Assembly (NCBI GenBank): GCA_015060835.1
Contig: SUXT01000001.1
Location: 5,277-69,276, forward strand
DNA: 64,000 bases
Reading direction: 5' to 3'
Source of the DNA: Bacteroidales bacterium
Lineage (GTDB): Bacteria; Bacteroidota; Bacteroidia; Bacteroidales; Bacteroidaceae
Part shown: piece by piece, positions 54,976 to 63,893 of the stretch
Position numbering within the stretch: position 1 is the stretch's first letter
Layout: each line of letters starts with the position of its first letter
Program-made: the position numbers and the translations under genes
Notes under the pieces: generated by a model
The model's input: only the letters and a program-made list of their open reading frames with translations
Database searches by the model: none
Told to the model about the DNA's origin: nothing

Positions 54976-55353
54976 ATGTTTTTTTGTTTTTTTAAAGGCT
55001 TTTATGCCATGATGTTTGCTTTGTTTGTAATATCATGTGGCAATGCTGTAGATTCGGCAAATGAGAAGTCGGCATCGAAAACAAATGCAAAGACAACAGA
55101 TGCTTCCCAAAGCATCATAGTGAACAATGCTTCAAGTGGAAATTTATCTACCCAGTCACTAAGTAATAGTGCGAGCGGTAATGCTTCTCGTCAGTTTGTC
55201 AAGACAAAAAACAGATGTAGCAAATGTTCTTGTTCGGGTTATTGGGGATACAAACACTTGAATGGTACATACGAGGGTAATTGTTCAAACACTGACAAGT
55301 ACGGACACAAATGCGGACATGGACCAGAAAAACATGGCTTGAAAAAATGGTAG
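54976..55353 (+). CDS. Small lipoprotein with a Cys/His-rich C-terminus
   Basis: 125 aa. Lipobox FVISCGNA. It has a Ser/Asn/Ala-rich linker and the C-terminal cluster CSKCSCSGYWGYKHLNGTYEGNCSNTDKYGHKCGHGPEKHG. Confidence 0.55.
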   Translation: MFFCFFKGFYAMMFALFVISCGNAVDSANEKSASKTNAKTTDASQSIIVNNASSGNLSTQSLSNSASGNASRQFVKTKNRCSKCSCSGYWGYKHLNGTYEGNCSNTDKYGHKCGHGPEKHGLKKW

Positions 55354-55380
55354 AATTATATTGAGACTTATAACTAAATA

Positions 55381-55413
55381 TTGTAAGGCATCCTGTTGTG
55401 GGATGCCTTACAA
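55381..55413 (+). terminator. Terminator-like hairpin at the right edge of the AT-rich island
   Basis: ttgtaaggcatcc-tgttgtg-ggatgccttacaa, a perfect 13-bp stem, lies 28 nt after the stop at 55353. Confidence 0.6.
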
Positions 55414-55616
55414 TATTTAGTGGAATTGCTTGCATATTTCCTATAACTTTACGACCTTTGTATGTATGTTGCATACAACCAAAAAATAATATGTTAACCG
55501 ATGTGCTTTAATTAAGTGTTTTTGCAACTTTTTGACATAAACCGTTGGCGGGTTAATTGTACCAACGGAATATGAACAGATTTTAAATTAAAGCAAACAC
55601 AAATAAACACGAAAAT

Positions 55617-55781
55617 ATGTTTACAATCAATCTTCTTATCAGCACAGCCGTACAGATTTTAATCGGTTGGATTTTAATAGACAAAGTACCTTCTTGGATA
55701 GGTCTCAGTGGTATAATTGCAACAATACTGAAAATTATAGGAGTACTGATAATCATCAGAGCGTTGCTCGCTTGGGTGTAG
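55617..55781 (+). CDS. Possible small hydrophobic protein (54 aa)
   Basis: My own translation is MFTINLLISTAVQILIGWILIDKVPSWIGLSGIIATILKIIGVLIIIRALLAWV, which gives two TM-like segments. It falls below the ORF-track length cutoff. Confidence 0.3.
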   Translation: MFTINLLISTAVQILIGWILIDKVPSWIGLSGIIATILKIIGVLIIIRALLAWV

Positions 55782-55825
55782 TCTCTTTACCCCTTCTGAA
55801 ATAAAACGTATTCTACAGTAACACT

Positions 55826-56269
55826 ATGTACAAAGACCTAAAATATCTTGTCGGAGGTTCGAGTGTCGCGATTTTGGCACTTCTTGCCGTAATGTTCTTC
55901 TCGCCTCTATCGTTGCAGTTTGCCGACGAAGGCGGCGCTAGGGGGGGAGTGCTCACTCTGGAAATTGACGAACTGATTGGTGCCGGCAGACAGGAACAGG
56001 CATTGCGCATGGTCGATTCGTTGATAGAGGCAAAGAGTAAAAATTTACCCTCACTTGCGTACTTCGACAGATATTTGTCTGAGGATGAACAATACGAAGT
56101 TACCAATGCCAGGGCAGACATATACGATTTGCAATGGAAACGCATACAGATTCTTGGACAGACCAATCAGACAGCAGAGTTGCGCAAGGCTCTTAAACGT
56201 TATGTCAATGTCATAGGGTATAACCGGGAAGCAGCAGAGACAATGCTCAAACATTTGAACAACAGGTAG
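55826..56269 (+). CDS. Hypothetical membrane-anchored protein
   Basis: 147 aa. It has one N-terminal TM (VGGSSVAILALLAVMFF) and a helical remainder. It stops 1 nt before the next gene's ATG. Confidence 0.55.
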   Translation: MYKDLKYLVGGSSVAILALLAVMFFSPLSLQFADEGGARGGVLTLEIDELIGAGRQEQALRMVDSLIEAKSKNLPSLAYFDRYLSEDEQYEVTNARADIYDLQWKRIQILGQTNQTAELRKALKRYVNVIGYNREAAETMLKHLNNR

Positions 56270-56270
56270 T

Positions 56271-57620
56271 ATGAAAGCAATAAAAATAGCTCTGCATTGG
56301 CAAATGTGCATCGCTCTTGTGCTTGGAGCCGTGTGTGGTTTTGCATTCTGCGACAGTGTTGGCGTATGGGGTAATTTTATTGATGGGGTAGGAGAAATAT
56401 TCCTGAGAGCCATAAATATGATAGTCATCCCATTGGTCTTCCTGTCGACAGTGTTAGGAATATCCACTGTAGCCGACACGAAATCAATGGGTAGGGTGGC
56501 TCTTAAAACATTTCTCTATTTTGCGGTTACGGCTATTATGGCTGCAATTGTCGGTGTATTGGTTACAAACTTGCTCCGTCCGGGGTATAACACGCATAAA
56601 GTCGATGTGTCGGCCGAAGAAACTTATGTCGATAGCGGCGCGGGAACAGTCAATCTTCTCTTGGCAGAAGATGTTGTGGTCGACGGCAATATTGTAGCTC
56701 CGCAAGGAACTGTAGTGAAGACGACTGTTGACAACGCTGCCGAACCGTCAACCCTCATGGATAGGATAGTCGACATTGTACCTGACAATATCTTCGAAGC
56801 ATTCAGCACCGGCAACATCCTGCCGATAATTTTTTTCTCGTTGCTGCTCGGATACTTTATCACCAAGATACACACAGATCGTCAAAAGACGATAAACAAC
56901 CTCTTCGAAGCATTGAACGATGTGATAATGTCCCTCACCAATTTTATCGTTCGGTTTGCGCCGGTCGGAATATTTGCAGTGGTGATGTTACTGGTTGGAA
57001 GGCAGGCCAGCGATGTGAGTGCTTTGAAAGAGTGTTTCAAGAGTTTTGCTTTCTTCGTCCTTGTTGTGTGGATTTCGCTCATAGTAATGGGCGGCATCCT
57101 GCTTCCGGTGATGGTAGGGATTATGGCAAAGGTTTCCCCGCTGAAGCATCTGAAGCAGATATATTCGGCATTGATGGTGGCATTTTCCACCAGTTCATCA
57201 TACAGCGCCCTGCCACTGATTATCACAGATGCGCGTGAGAAGATGGGTGTGTCGAACAATATAGCAAGTTTTACGGTACCCCTCGGCATTACATTCAACA
57301 AAATAGGTACCATCGTCTACGAGTGTGTGGCGGTCATTTTTGTGGCACAGGCTGTCGGCGTGGATCTGACTGCGGCGCAGCAGATGTCGCTCATCGGAGC
57401 ATCCATAGTGACGGTGCTGGGCGCACCGAGCGTTCCTATGGCCGGTGTAGTTGTGCTGACAATGCTTCTGACGGCAATGGATTTGCCCACCGATTACATA
57501 GGAATGTTTATGGTTGTCGACATCCTGTGCGATATGCCAAAGACATTGCTCAATGCATACAGCGTCAGCTGCAGCGCAATAATCGTTGCGCGAAGCGAAG
57601 GAGAAGTTCTTAAAATTTAA
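56271..57620 (+). CDS. Dicarboxylate/amino acid:cation symporter (DAACS/GltP family)
   Basis: 449 aa, polytopic. SSSYSALP, VPLGITFNKIGT and AIIVAR match conserved DAACS features. A roughly 60-aa insertion lies after the third TM segment. Confidence 0.8.
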   Translation: MKAIKIALHWQMCIALVLGAVCGFAFCDSVGVWGNFIDGVGEIFLRAINMIVIPLVFLSTVLGISTVADTKSMGRVALKTFLYFAVTAIMAAIVGVLVTNLLRPGYNTHKVDVSAEETYVDSGAGTVNLLLAEDVVVDGNIVAPQGTVVKTTVDNAAEPSTLMDRIVDIVPDNIFEAFSTGNILPIIFFSLLLGYFITKIHTDRQKTINNLFEALNDVIMSLTNFIVRFAPVGIFAVVMLLVGRQASDVSALKECFKSFAFFVLVVWISLIVMGGILLPVMVGIMAKVSPLKHLKQIYSALMVAFSTSSSYSALPLIITDAREKMGVSNNIASFTVPLGITFNKIGTIVYECVAVIFVAQAVGVDLTAAQQMSLIGASIVTVLGAPSVPMAGVVVLTMLLTAMDLPTDYIGMFMVVDILCDMPKTLLNAYSVSCSAIIVARSEGEVLKI

Positions 57621-57634
57621 AACATAATGAGAGT

Positions 57635-58513
57635 ATGAAAAACATATATACTATATTTCTGCTGTTGGCAATGGTTCTTGTGCCCGTATCGGTGTCAGCG
57701 CAAACAAAACGCGCTCTGGTAATAGGTCTGGGCCAATACGAAGACAAGGAGTGGAGCAAGATAAACGGCGACAAGGATGTTCCGATTGTCTGTGAATATC
57801 TCAAAAAAGCAAAATACAGCCAGATTGACACTCTTGTAAACAAGCAGGCTACAAAGGTCGGTATAACGTCGGCATTCCGTAAATTGGCAAGTGACTGTAA
57901 CCCCAACGATATAGTATACATCCACTTCTCCGGTCATGGCCAGCCAATGAAGGATATTAACAAAGACGAGAAGGATACGCTGGATGAATGTTGGGTGCCG
58001 TATGATGCCTATCTCAAACCCTGTGCGAAGGACAGAGGCGAAAAACACCTCGTCGATGACGAAGTGAACAGTCTGCTGAACAACATCCGCGATAGGATTG
58101 GCGATGGCGGCAAGATGCTGGTGGTGATAGATGCCTGCTTCAGTGGTACCGCCACACGAAGTCCGGAAGAGACGCTAAGAGGAGTAGGGTATATATTCGA
58201 AGCCGTGAAGTCATACCTCGAAGAACCGGCTGAGGAAAGTGCCGAGCCGGCAGCGGAAAACGAACGCTGGATTACACTGAGTGCATGTACGAGCAATCAG
58301 GTAAATGTCGAGATAAATGTCCCTAAAATAGGCAATGTGGGTAAGCTCACCTACGCCATCCACCAGAATTTGAAGAATGGCGACTTGGGTACCAACGAGA
58401 ACTTTTTTAAAAAGATACGCATATTCGTAAAAAAAAATACCAGCGGTCGTATGCAAAAACCTGAAATGACCGGCGAAACAACAAAGTACAACATAAATGA
58501 CATATTAAGATAA
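57635..58513 (+). CDS. Exported caspase family (peptidase C14) protein
   Basis: 292 aa. Signal peptide LLLAMVLVPVSVSAQ. ALVIGLGQY, VYIHFSGHGQ and MLVVIDACFSG form the His/Cys dyad. Confidence 0.8.
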   Translation: MKNIYTIFLLLAMVLVPVSVSAQTKRALVIGLGQYEDKEWSKINGDKDVPIVCEYLKKAKYSQIDTLVNKQATKVGITSAFRKLASDCNPNDIVYIHFSGHGQPMKDINKDEKDTLDECWVPYDAYLKPCAKDRGEKHLVDDEVNSLLNNIRDRIGDGGKMLVVIDACFSGTATRSPEETLRGVGYIFEAVKSYLEEPAEESAEPAAENERWITLSACTSNQVNVEINVPKIGNVGKLTYAIHQNLKNGDLGTNENFFKKIRIFVKKNTSGRMQKPEMTGETTKYNINDILR

Positions 58514-58514
58514 T

Positions 58515-59174
58515 ATGGCAATAATAAGATTAGAGACACAAGAATGCAAAGAGGCCCGGATGGTTGCCGGAATGTACAATGGCGACCGTCTGTTGCAATA
58601 CAAGTTGTATGAGTATTGCTACCGATATTATTATGAGAAATACCGCAGCATATTTTATGCCACCGAAGATGCTGTGGCAGATATTTTTCAGGACTCATTC
58701 ATACAGTTCTGGGAAAATATAGAATGTGGGAAAATCTATGTTGAAGACAATGTTGTCAAGGGAAAGGACGGAAAACCTCTATGCGGAAGCATCAGAACCT
58801 ATTTCATGGGAATAGCACGGTTGAAGTACTTGGAATGGGTAAGGGAACACCCATTCTCTGCCGACCCCGAAACAGAAATGGGCAAGAAAATCAAGAGCGA
58901 CGGCTTCGACGAGCAGGAGTATCTGGAGATGACATATGGTGATAGCGACAATATCAAACTGGAAATATTGGCACATGTAATCTCCCATATGCCAGCACGT
59001 TGCTATGAAATACTCACGAAATTCTACTATGAGGGCAAGGATCTTGATAAAATTCTGGAAGAAATTCCCTCTATAGAATCGAAAAATGCCCTGAAGACGA
59101 AGAAATACAAATGTATGGAGAATCTTCGCGAAGTGGCAAACGATACATACAACAGATACATTAAGGATATTTAA
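58515..59174 (+). CDS. Sigma-70 family (ECF-like) RNA polymerase sigma factor
   Basis: 219 aa. Region 2-like DIFQDSFIQFW and region 4-like ARCYEILTKFYYEGKDLDKI are present. It starts 1 nt after the caspase stop. Confidence 0.75.
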   Translation: MAIIRLETQECKEARMVAGMYNGDRLLQYKLYEYCYRYYYEKYRSIFYATEDAVADIFQDSFIQFWENIECGKIYVEDNVVKGKDGKPLCGSIRTYFMGIARLKYLEWVREHPFSADPETEMGKKIKSDGFDEQEYLEMTYGDSDNIKLEILAHVISHMPARCYEILTKFYYEGKDLDKILEEIPSIESKNALKTKKYKCMENLREVANDTYNRYIKDI

Positions 59175-59183
59175 GTTTGGGAT

Positions 59184-59711
59184 ATGAATAAAGATTTTCA
59201 GGATAGAATAGATGACTATATATTCGACAGGATGTCTGTCGAGGATAGGGACCGCTTTGAAGCAGAGGTCAATTCGGATGATGCAAAAAAGGAACAGCTT
59301 GAATTTACCCGTAATGTAAAGCGTGCCGTAACATCACGCGAGGAGAAGCTGGCAAGAATCCGGGAAATGAAACTGATGTACGACGAACGGCACATAGTAG
59401 CTGCCACAGGCACTGCCGACTCATCCCCTGCACCGGCTTATATGCCTGGCTCTCCCAAGAGAACGCTGAAACGTGTCTTGCTGTGGGCCTCAGGCATTGC
59501 CGCAATATTGGCAGTGGGACTCTTTACGGTGAATACATATTTTATGGACTCTTCATTCGATGAAGAAGGTATTCGCGGAATAGAGGATATCGAGATATTC
59601 GATCCCTCAGGCGATGTCCCCAACGGTACGGTTCCCGGTGATACAAATTCCGTTGATACCACTGTTATTGACAATGAAAAAAACAATGAGGGTATCAATG
59701 AAAATGAATAG
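59184..59711 (+). CDS. Anti-sigma-factor-like single-pass membrane protein
   Basis: 175 aa. The N-terminal DDYIFDRMSVEDRDRFEAEV pattern is common in Bacteroidota anti-sigma N-domains. TM VLLWASGIAAILAVGLFTV is followed by a short acidic exported tail. Confidence 0.55.
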   Translation: MNKDFQDRIDDYIFDRMSVEDRDRFEAEVNSDDAKKEQLEFTRNVKRAVTSREEKLARIREMKLMYDERHIVAATGTADSSPAPAYMPGSPKRTLKRVLLWASGIAAILAVGLFTVNTYFMDSSFDEEGIRGIEDIEIFDPSGDVPNGTVPGDTNSVDTTVIDNEKNNEGINENE

Positions 59712-62700
59712 ACTTGTATTATTACTGCTTGTCGGCATGTTGGCAATCCCCCGTTTGGCGGCCCAGACACTTACCGGGGATGAAGTATTTGCAATGTTGA
59801 AGCGCGCTTCGGCATTGAAGCAGGAAAAAAAATACTCCGAAGCAATCAAAGTGTATACAGATGCAAGCAAACATCTGAAGAATCACTCCGGCGAGCAGGA
59901 ACGTAAAGCATATGTCATGTGCCAAATATTGATATGTTCATGCTATTTCGACTTGGAACAATATAAAGAGGGCTATAGTTTGGCAAAAAGTATGCTTGCA
60001 GGCGACTTTGGCGATGATGAAAAAGAACTTATCCGTAGCCAGTATGTCCTTAATGGCTACGGATTGGCTTGTGAATTATTAAAAAATGCGGAAAATAATA
60101 GTTCGGATTGTGTGGCAGCGCGTGGATTATTCCTGGAAATATTGCCATATGCCAGTGAGCAGGTGAGGCAAAAAGTGTTGCCAAAAATACCGTATTTGTG
60201 GTATATGGAAGGAGCATTACATTTTATATCGGAAAAATACGATGATGCCCTAGTATGCTACGAGAATGCATTAAAAGAATATAAAGAACAAGGGCAAACC
60301 TCCAATGAAATATATGTTATCAAGCAAATAGCGTCTATATATTCACACATAGACCAAATCTCCAAATCCATAGAATACTACGAGCAGGCATTAGCTTTAA
60401 TCCAAACCATCCATGCCGACGACAAGCAAATGGAGGTGGCTGCGCAGTTGTATCGCTTGGCTGATAATGTCGGAAATATGGACAAAAAGTCCTATTATTC
60501 TCAAATGATGGACAAACTGTATGCGACAACAAAAAACATAGATGCTATCTTTGAATATTGCATCCACAAAGGCAAAGTGTCGCAAGAACAAAGACAGTAC
60601 CAAATTGCAGAGCTATGGTTCAAAAAAGCCGAGGGGGTAGCTCTAAGGCAAAGCGCTGATGGAAACAAAGGAAACCTTTATTTGGTTAACTACAACTTGG
60701 GTTTTCTGTATTACAATATGGAGCGTTACGATGAAGCAGACGACTATTTGTGCCGGTCGCTCGAAAATAATGAAATTAGTGTCGCAAACTACTTGACATA
60801 TATATTAAAAGCAGAAATATGTATTAAAAGAGGTGATACTGAGAGATGCTCTGAATATTTGGAGCAATTGAATTCGTTGTCGCTAAGCGAGCCACGAATG
60901 TTGAGTAAATTGTACGCGACCAGTGGCGATTATTATTATGCGACAAAAGATTATGCATCGGCTCTTGCCTACTATAAAAAAGCCGATGATATAATGGCAA
61001 CGAAGTATCCGGACTCTGATAGCGAAAGAACAGATCTATATTCAAATCTTGGCGGCACAGAGCATAAACTTGAAAATTACGAAAAATCGGAATTTTATTA
61101 CAATAAGTATGTCGAAGGCATTAAGGCTATATACGGAGAGGATAATCTGAATTATATAAGAGCCTGTATATATCTTGCAAACGCACAAGCCTTTGCCGGA
61201 CACATGAAGCAAGGCTGCGACAACTATACATCGGCTATAGCAAGGCTCAAGAAGGTTCTCAGACAGCGCCTTCCATATATGAATGCCGCAGAGCGCGAAG
61301 GTTTTTGGGAACCGCTCTCATCCCTGCATACAAATATGACACCCTTTGCGCTTAAAGCCGGGCTCTGCCAAACGGAATACACCCGCACCTGCTACGATGC
61401 TCTTCTGCTCTCCAAAGCATTCCTGTTGGATTCGGAACGCTCGGTTTACGAAATAGTCCAAAAAGAGGGCAACGAGGCCGACAAACAGACATATATGCAA
61501 ATCTCCATCATAAACAATAAAATAAAAGAGTGGGAGAATAACTATGCCCTGTATGCAGACAGCATCCTTGCAGCCACCAACAAGATGAACAGACTGGAGA
61601 AAAAGCTGATGGACAGATGCAAATCATTTGGCGATATAACAGCCTTCATGGATGTGGATTATGATGCTGTGAAAGCAAAACTTGGCAAGAATGAAACATT
61701 GCTTGATTTTACAGACTATTTCTCTAAAGAAAATGGCAGACGCTACGCAGTCTACATCGTAGACAAACAGCAGCAGTTTCCGTTGTTGAAATACGTTTTT
61801 GCCGAATCACAGATAGACTCTTTAGGCATAACTGATGCCCCTCATCTGTTTTATGATACAGAAGATTTTGCTTCAGAGGTAGTCAAATTGCTGTGGAATC
61901 CAATAAAGGAGCACATAGACGAGGGTTCCACCGTCTATTATGTGCCGTCGCAGTTGCTGTTCCGCGTCAGTCTTGAGTCCTTGCCGCTCGAAGATGGAAC
62001 ATTGCTTGGCGAGCATTACAATTTCGTGCGATTGTCTTCAGCCCGCGAACTTCTGAAAAAAAATAAGTCAGACAAATTGAAAAATAATGCATCGGCAGTT
62101 CTGTACGGAGGTCTGCAATACGACCTTGAACCATCGCAGATGGCCGAAAATTCCAAACTTTACGATGTGTCTGACCTGATGGCTGTGCGTGGCAATAGTG
62201 ATGCCGTCCGCGGTAATTCCGACTTTAAGGAACTTGCCGCCTCAGGCCCTGAAGTTGAGAAAGTAGCAGAGATACTCAAAGGCTCAAACTTCAAGGTTAC
62301 TCCATATATGGGAATGAACGGTACCGAAGAGTCATTCCTTAATATGCATGGAAAATCGCCGCGAATTCTGCATCTTGCGACACACGGGTTTTACTACACT
62401 CCCGAAGCAGCAGCAGATGTTGATTATCTGCGTGGATATAGTGATGCCATGTTGCTCTCCGGTATGATTATGTCGGGAGGAAATGCCGGTTGGAAAGGTA
62501 AAGAGCTGCCCGAAGGGGTGCTCGATGGTGTGCTTACCGCAAACAGTATATCACGTCTCGATTTGAGCAATACAGACTTGGTAGTCCTCTCGGCTTGCCA
62601 TTCAGGGCAGGGCAATGCAACACCCGAAGGTCTCTATGGTTTGCAACGTGCATTCAAGAAAGCGGGTGTAGGAACTATGATAATGGCTCTTTGGGAGGTA

Positions 62701-62856
62701 AACGATACAGTGGCCTCCGAATTTATGAAAATGTTCTATGAAAATCTTCAGAAGAACAAATGGGACAAACGCAAGGCATTCAATTTGACTAAGCTGCAAA
62801 TACGGACACTGTATCCCTCTCCCGACCAGTGGGCGGTATTTGTGATGTTGGATTAA
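59698..62856 (+). CDS. Exported TPR-repeat protein with a C-terminal CHAT (caspase-like) domain
   Basis: Start set at the ATG at 59698 (MKMNRLVLLLLVGMLAIPRLAAQ), overlapping the previous gene by 14 nt. There are multiple TPR-like helices (YSEAIKVY, YDDALVCYENALKEY, YASALAYYKKA). The CHAT dyad context is ILHLATHGFY and LVVLSACHSGQG. Confidence 0.8.
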   Translation: MKMNRLVLLLLVGMLAIPRLAAQTLTGDEVFAMLKRASALKQEKKYSEAIKVYTDASKHLKNHSGEQERKAYVMCQILICSCYFDLEQYKEGYSLAKSMLAGDFGDDEKELIRSQYVLNGYGLACELLKNAENNSSDCVAARGLFLEILPYASEQVRQKVLPKIPYLWYMEGALHFISEKYDDALVCYENALKEYKEQGQTSNEIYVIKQIASIYSHIDQISKSIEYYEQALALIQTIHADDKQMEVAAQLYRLADNVGNMDKKSYYSQMMDKLYATTKNIDAIFEYCIHKGKVSQEQRQYQIAELWFKKAEGVALRQSADGNKGNLYLVNYNLGFLYYNMERYDEADDYLCRSLENNEISVANYLTYILKAEICIKRGDTERCSEYLEQLNSLSLSEPRMLSKLYATSGDYYYATKDYASALAYYKKADDIMATKYPDSDSERTDLYSNLGGTEHKLENYEKSEFYYNKYVEGIKAIYGEDNLNYIRACIYLANAQAFAGHMKQGCDNYTSAIARLKKVLRQRLPYMNAAEREGFWEPLSSLHTNMTPFALKAGLCQTEYTRTCYDALLLSKAFLLDSERSVYEIVQKEGNEADKQTYMQISIINNKIKEWENNYALYADSILAATNKMNRLEKKLMDRCKSFGDITAFMDVDYDAVKAKLGKNETLLDFTDYFSKENGRRYAVYIVDKQQQFPLLKYVFAESQIDSLGITDAPHLFYDTEDFASEVVKLLWNPIKEHIDEGSTVYYVPSQLLFRVSLESLPLEDGTLLGEHYNFVRLSSARELLKKNKSDKLKNNASAVLYGGLQYDLEPSQMAENSKLYDVSDLMAVRGNSDAVRGNSDFKELAASGPEVEKVAEILKGSNFKVTPYMGMNGTEESFLNMHGKSPRILHLATHGFYYTPEAAADVDYLRGYSDAMLLSGMIMSGGNAGWKGKELPEGVLDGVLTANSISRLDLSNTDLVVLSACHSGQGNATPEGLYGLQRAFKKAGVGTMIMALWEVNDTVASEFMKMFYENLQKNKWDKRKAFNLTKLQIRTLYPSPDQWAVFVMLD

Positions 62857-62915
62857 AAAAAAGTTTCTTGATATAATGTGAGTTCGCGTTAATAAAGTTT
62901 GGGAATAAGAGCATA

Positions 62916-62962
62916 AAAGTAACCCATCGGCAAATAGAATGAATTTGCCGATGGGTTACTTT
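62916..62962 (+). terminator. Terminator-like hairpin after the CHAT gene
   Basis: aaagtaacccatcggcaaat-agaatga-atttgccgatgggttacttt, a perfect 20-bp stem followed by tatt. Confidence 0.65.
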
Positions 62963-62995
62963 TATTGCAATACCATCATTAATGTCAAAAAAGTT

Positions 62996-63880
62996 ATGAA
63001 AAACAATAATTATTCTAACGTTTGGGTGGTATTGCTACTTGCAGTTGTGATGGCATTCCCTTCGGGAGTGTGTGCCCGAGAATTTACAGTTGCTGAGTCT
63101 CAGACTGTGGAAACAGTGCCGGATTTTAAGTGGTATAGTAACTTATGGGGGCATTTGCAGTTTGCTGCCAATATGGGTATCAATATGTATGGCGATAATG
63201 TCATCAATTCTTGTATCAATCATTTGGGCCATGACGATGGTGCCTATTCGCAACTCGGAATGAAAGGTTCTTTCGAGGTGATGTATAACATCTATGAGCG
63301 CAAAAAAATGAATTTCTGCGCTGGAATTGGTTTTGCATTCTACTGTCAGAACTTCAAGAAAAATTATATATATTTTGTCGATGAAGGCTCCATCGCGACA
63401 TTTATGAACACAAACAACGCAGACATCATCGCAAATATGGACTCCAAACAACCGGCTGATTTTGATTATGATGATGCTGATTGGAACTCTTCATACTCAG
63501 TATTCTACGTAACATTCCCTGTAAGCGTTTCTTATAGTGCAGGCAAAATTGAATACAGTGCAACATTATTGCCTGCAGTCCGCCTCGGCAGAACATCGTT
63601 GCGCCGGAATATATCTGCTTGTCATGGAGTAGACGATGTGGAGAATATATTATACACAAATGCAGATAGACGTCTTGACGGGCATATCAATAGGTTTGCT
63701 TGTAATATCAGACTAAGTTGTATCTATTGCGGATTCGGTGGTTTTGTGGAATTTGGTACGGTCTCTATGACAAAAGGATTGAAGTACGACACATATTCTT
63801 TCTCTGTTGGCATGCAATTACGGATTGCAACGAAAAACTTTGGAAAGACGAATGAGCAAAATAACATTACTAACTATTAA
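62996..63880 (+). CDS. Putative outer-membrane beta-barrel protein
   Basis: Start trimmed to the ATG at 62996 (MKNNNYSNVWVVLLLAVVMAFPSGVCA). It has alternating-hydrophobic strands and an aromatic-rich pattern. The family is unknown. Confidence 0.5.
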   Translation: MKNNNYSNVWVVLLLAVVMAFPSGVCAREFTVAESQTVETVPDFKWYSNLWGHLQFAANMGINMYGDNVINSCINHLGHDDGAYSQLGMKGSFEVMYNIYERKKMNFCAGIGFAFYCQNFKKNYIYFVDEGSIATFMNTNNADIIANMDSKQPADFDYDDADWNSSYSVFYVTFPVSVSYSAGKIEYSATLLPAVRLGRTSLRRNISACHGVDDVENILYTNADRRLDGHINRFACNIRLSCIYCGFGGFVEFGTVSMTKGLKYDTYSFSVGMQLRIATKNFGKTNEQNNITNY

Positions 63881-63893
63881 ACAACATCTTTGT

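Noticed and set aside
35373-55420. Prophage or integrative conjugative element.
   Set aside because: I recognise no integrase, terminase, capsid, tail, relaxase or type IV secretion gene within the island. The only integrase in the window is 29 kb away.
58417-58440. An A9 run (58427-58435) near the 3' end of the caspase gene, and A8 and T8 runs elsewhere, as phase-variation tracts.
   Set aside because: These are single homopolymers of 7-9 nt in AT-rich coding sequence, which are expected by chance. There is no evidence of alternative frames that would give functional products.
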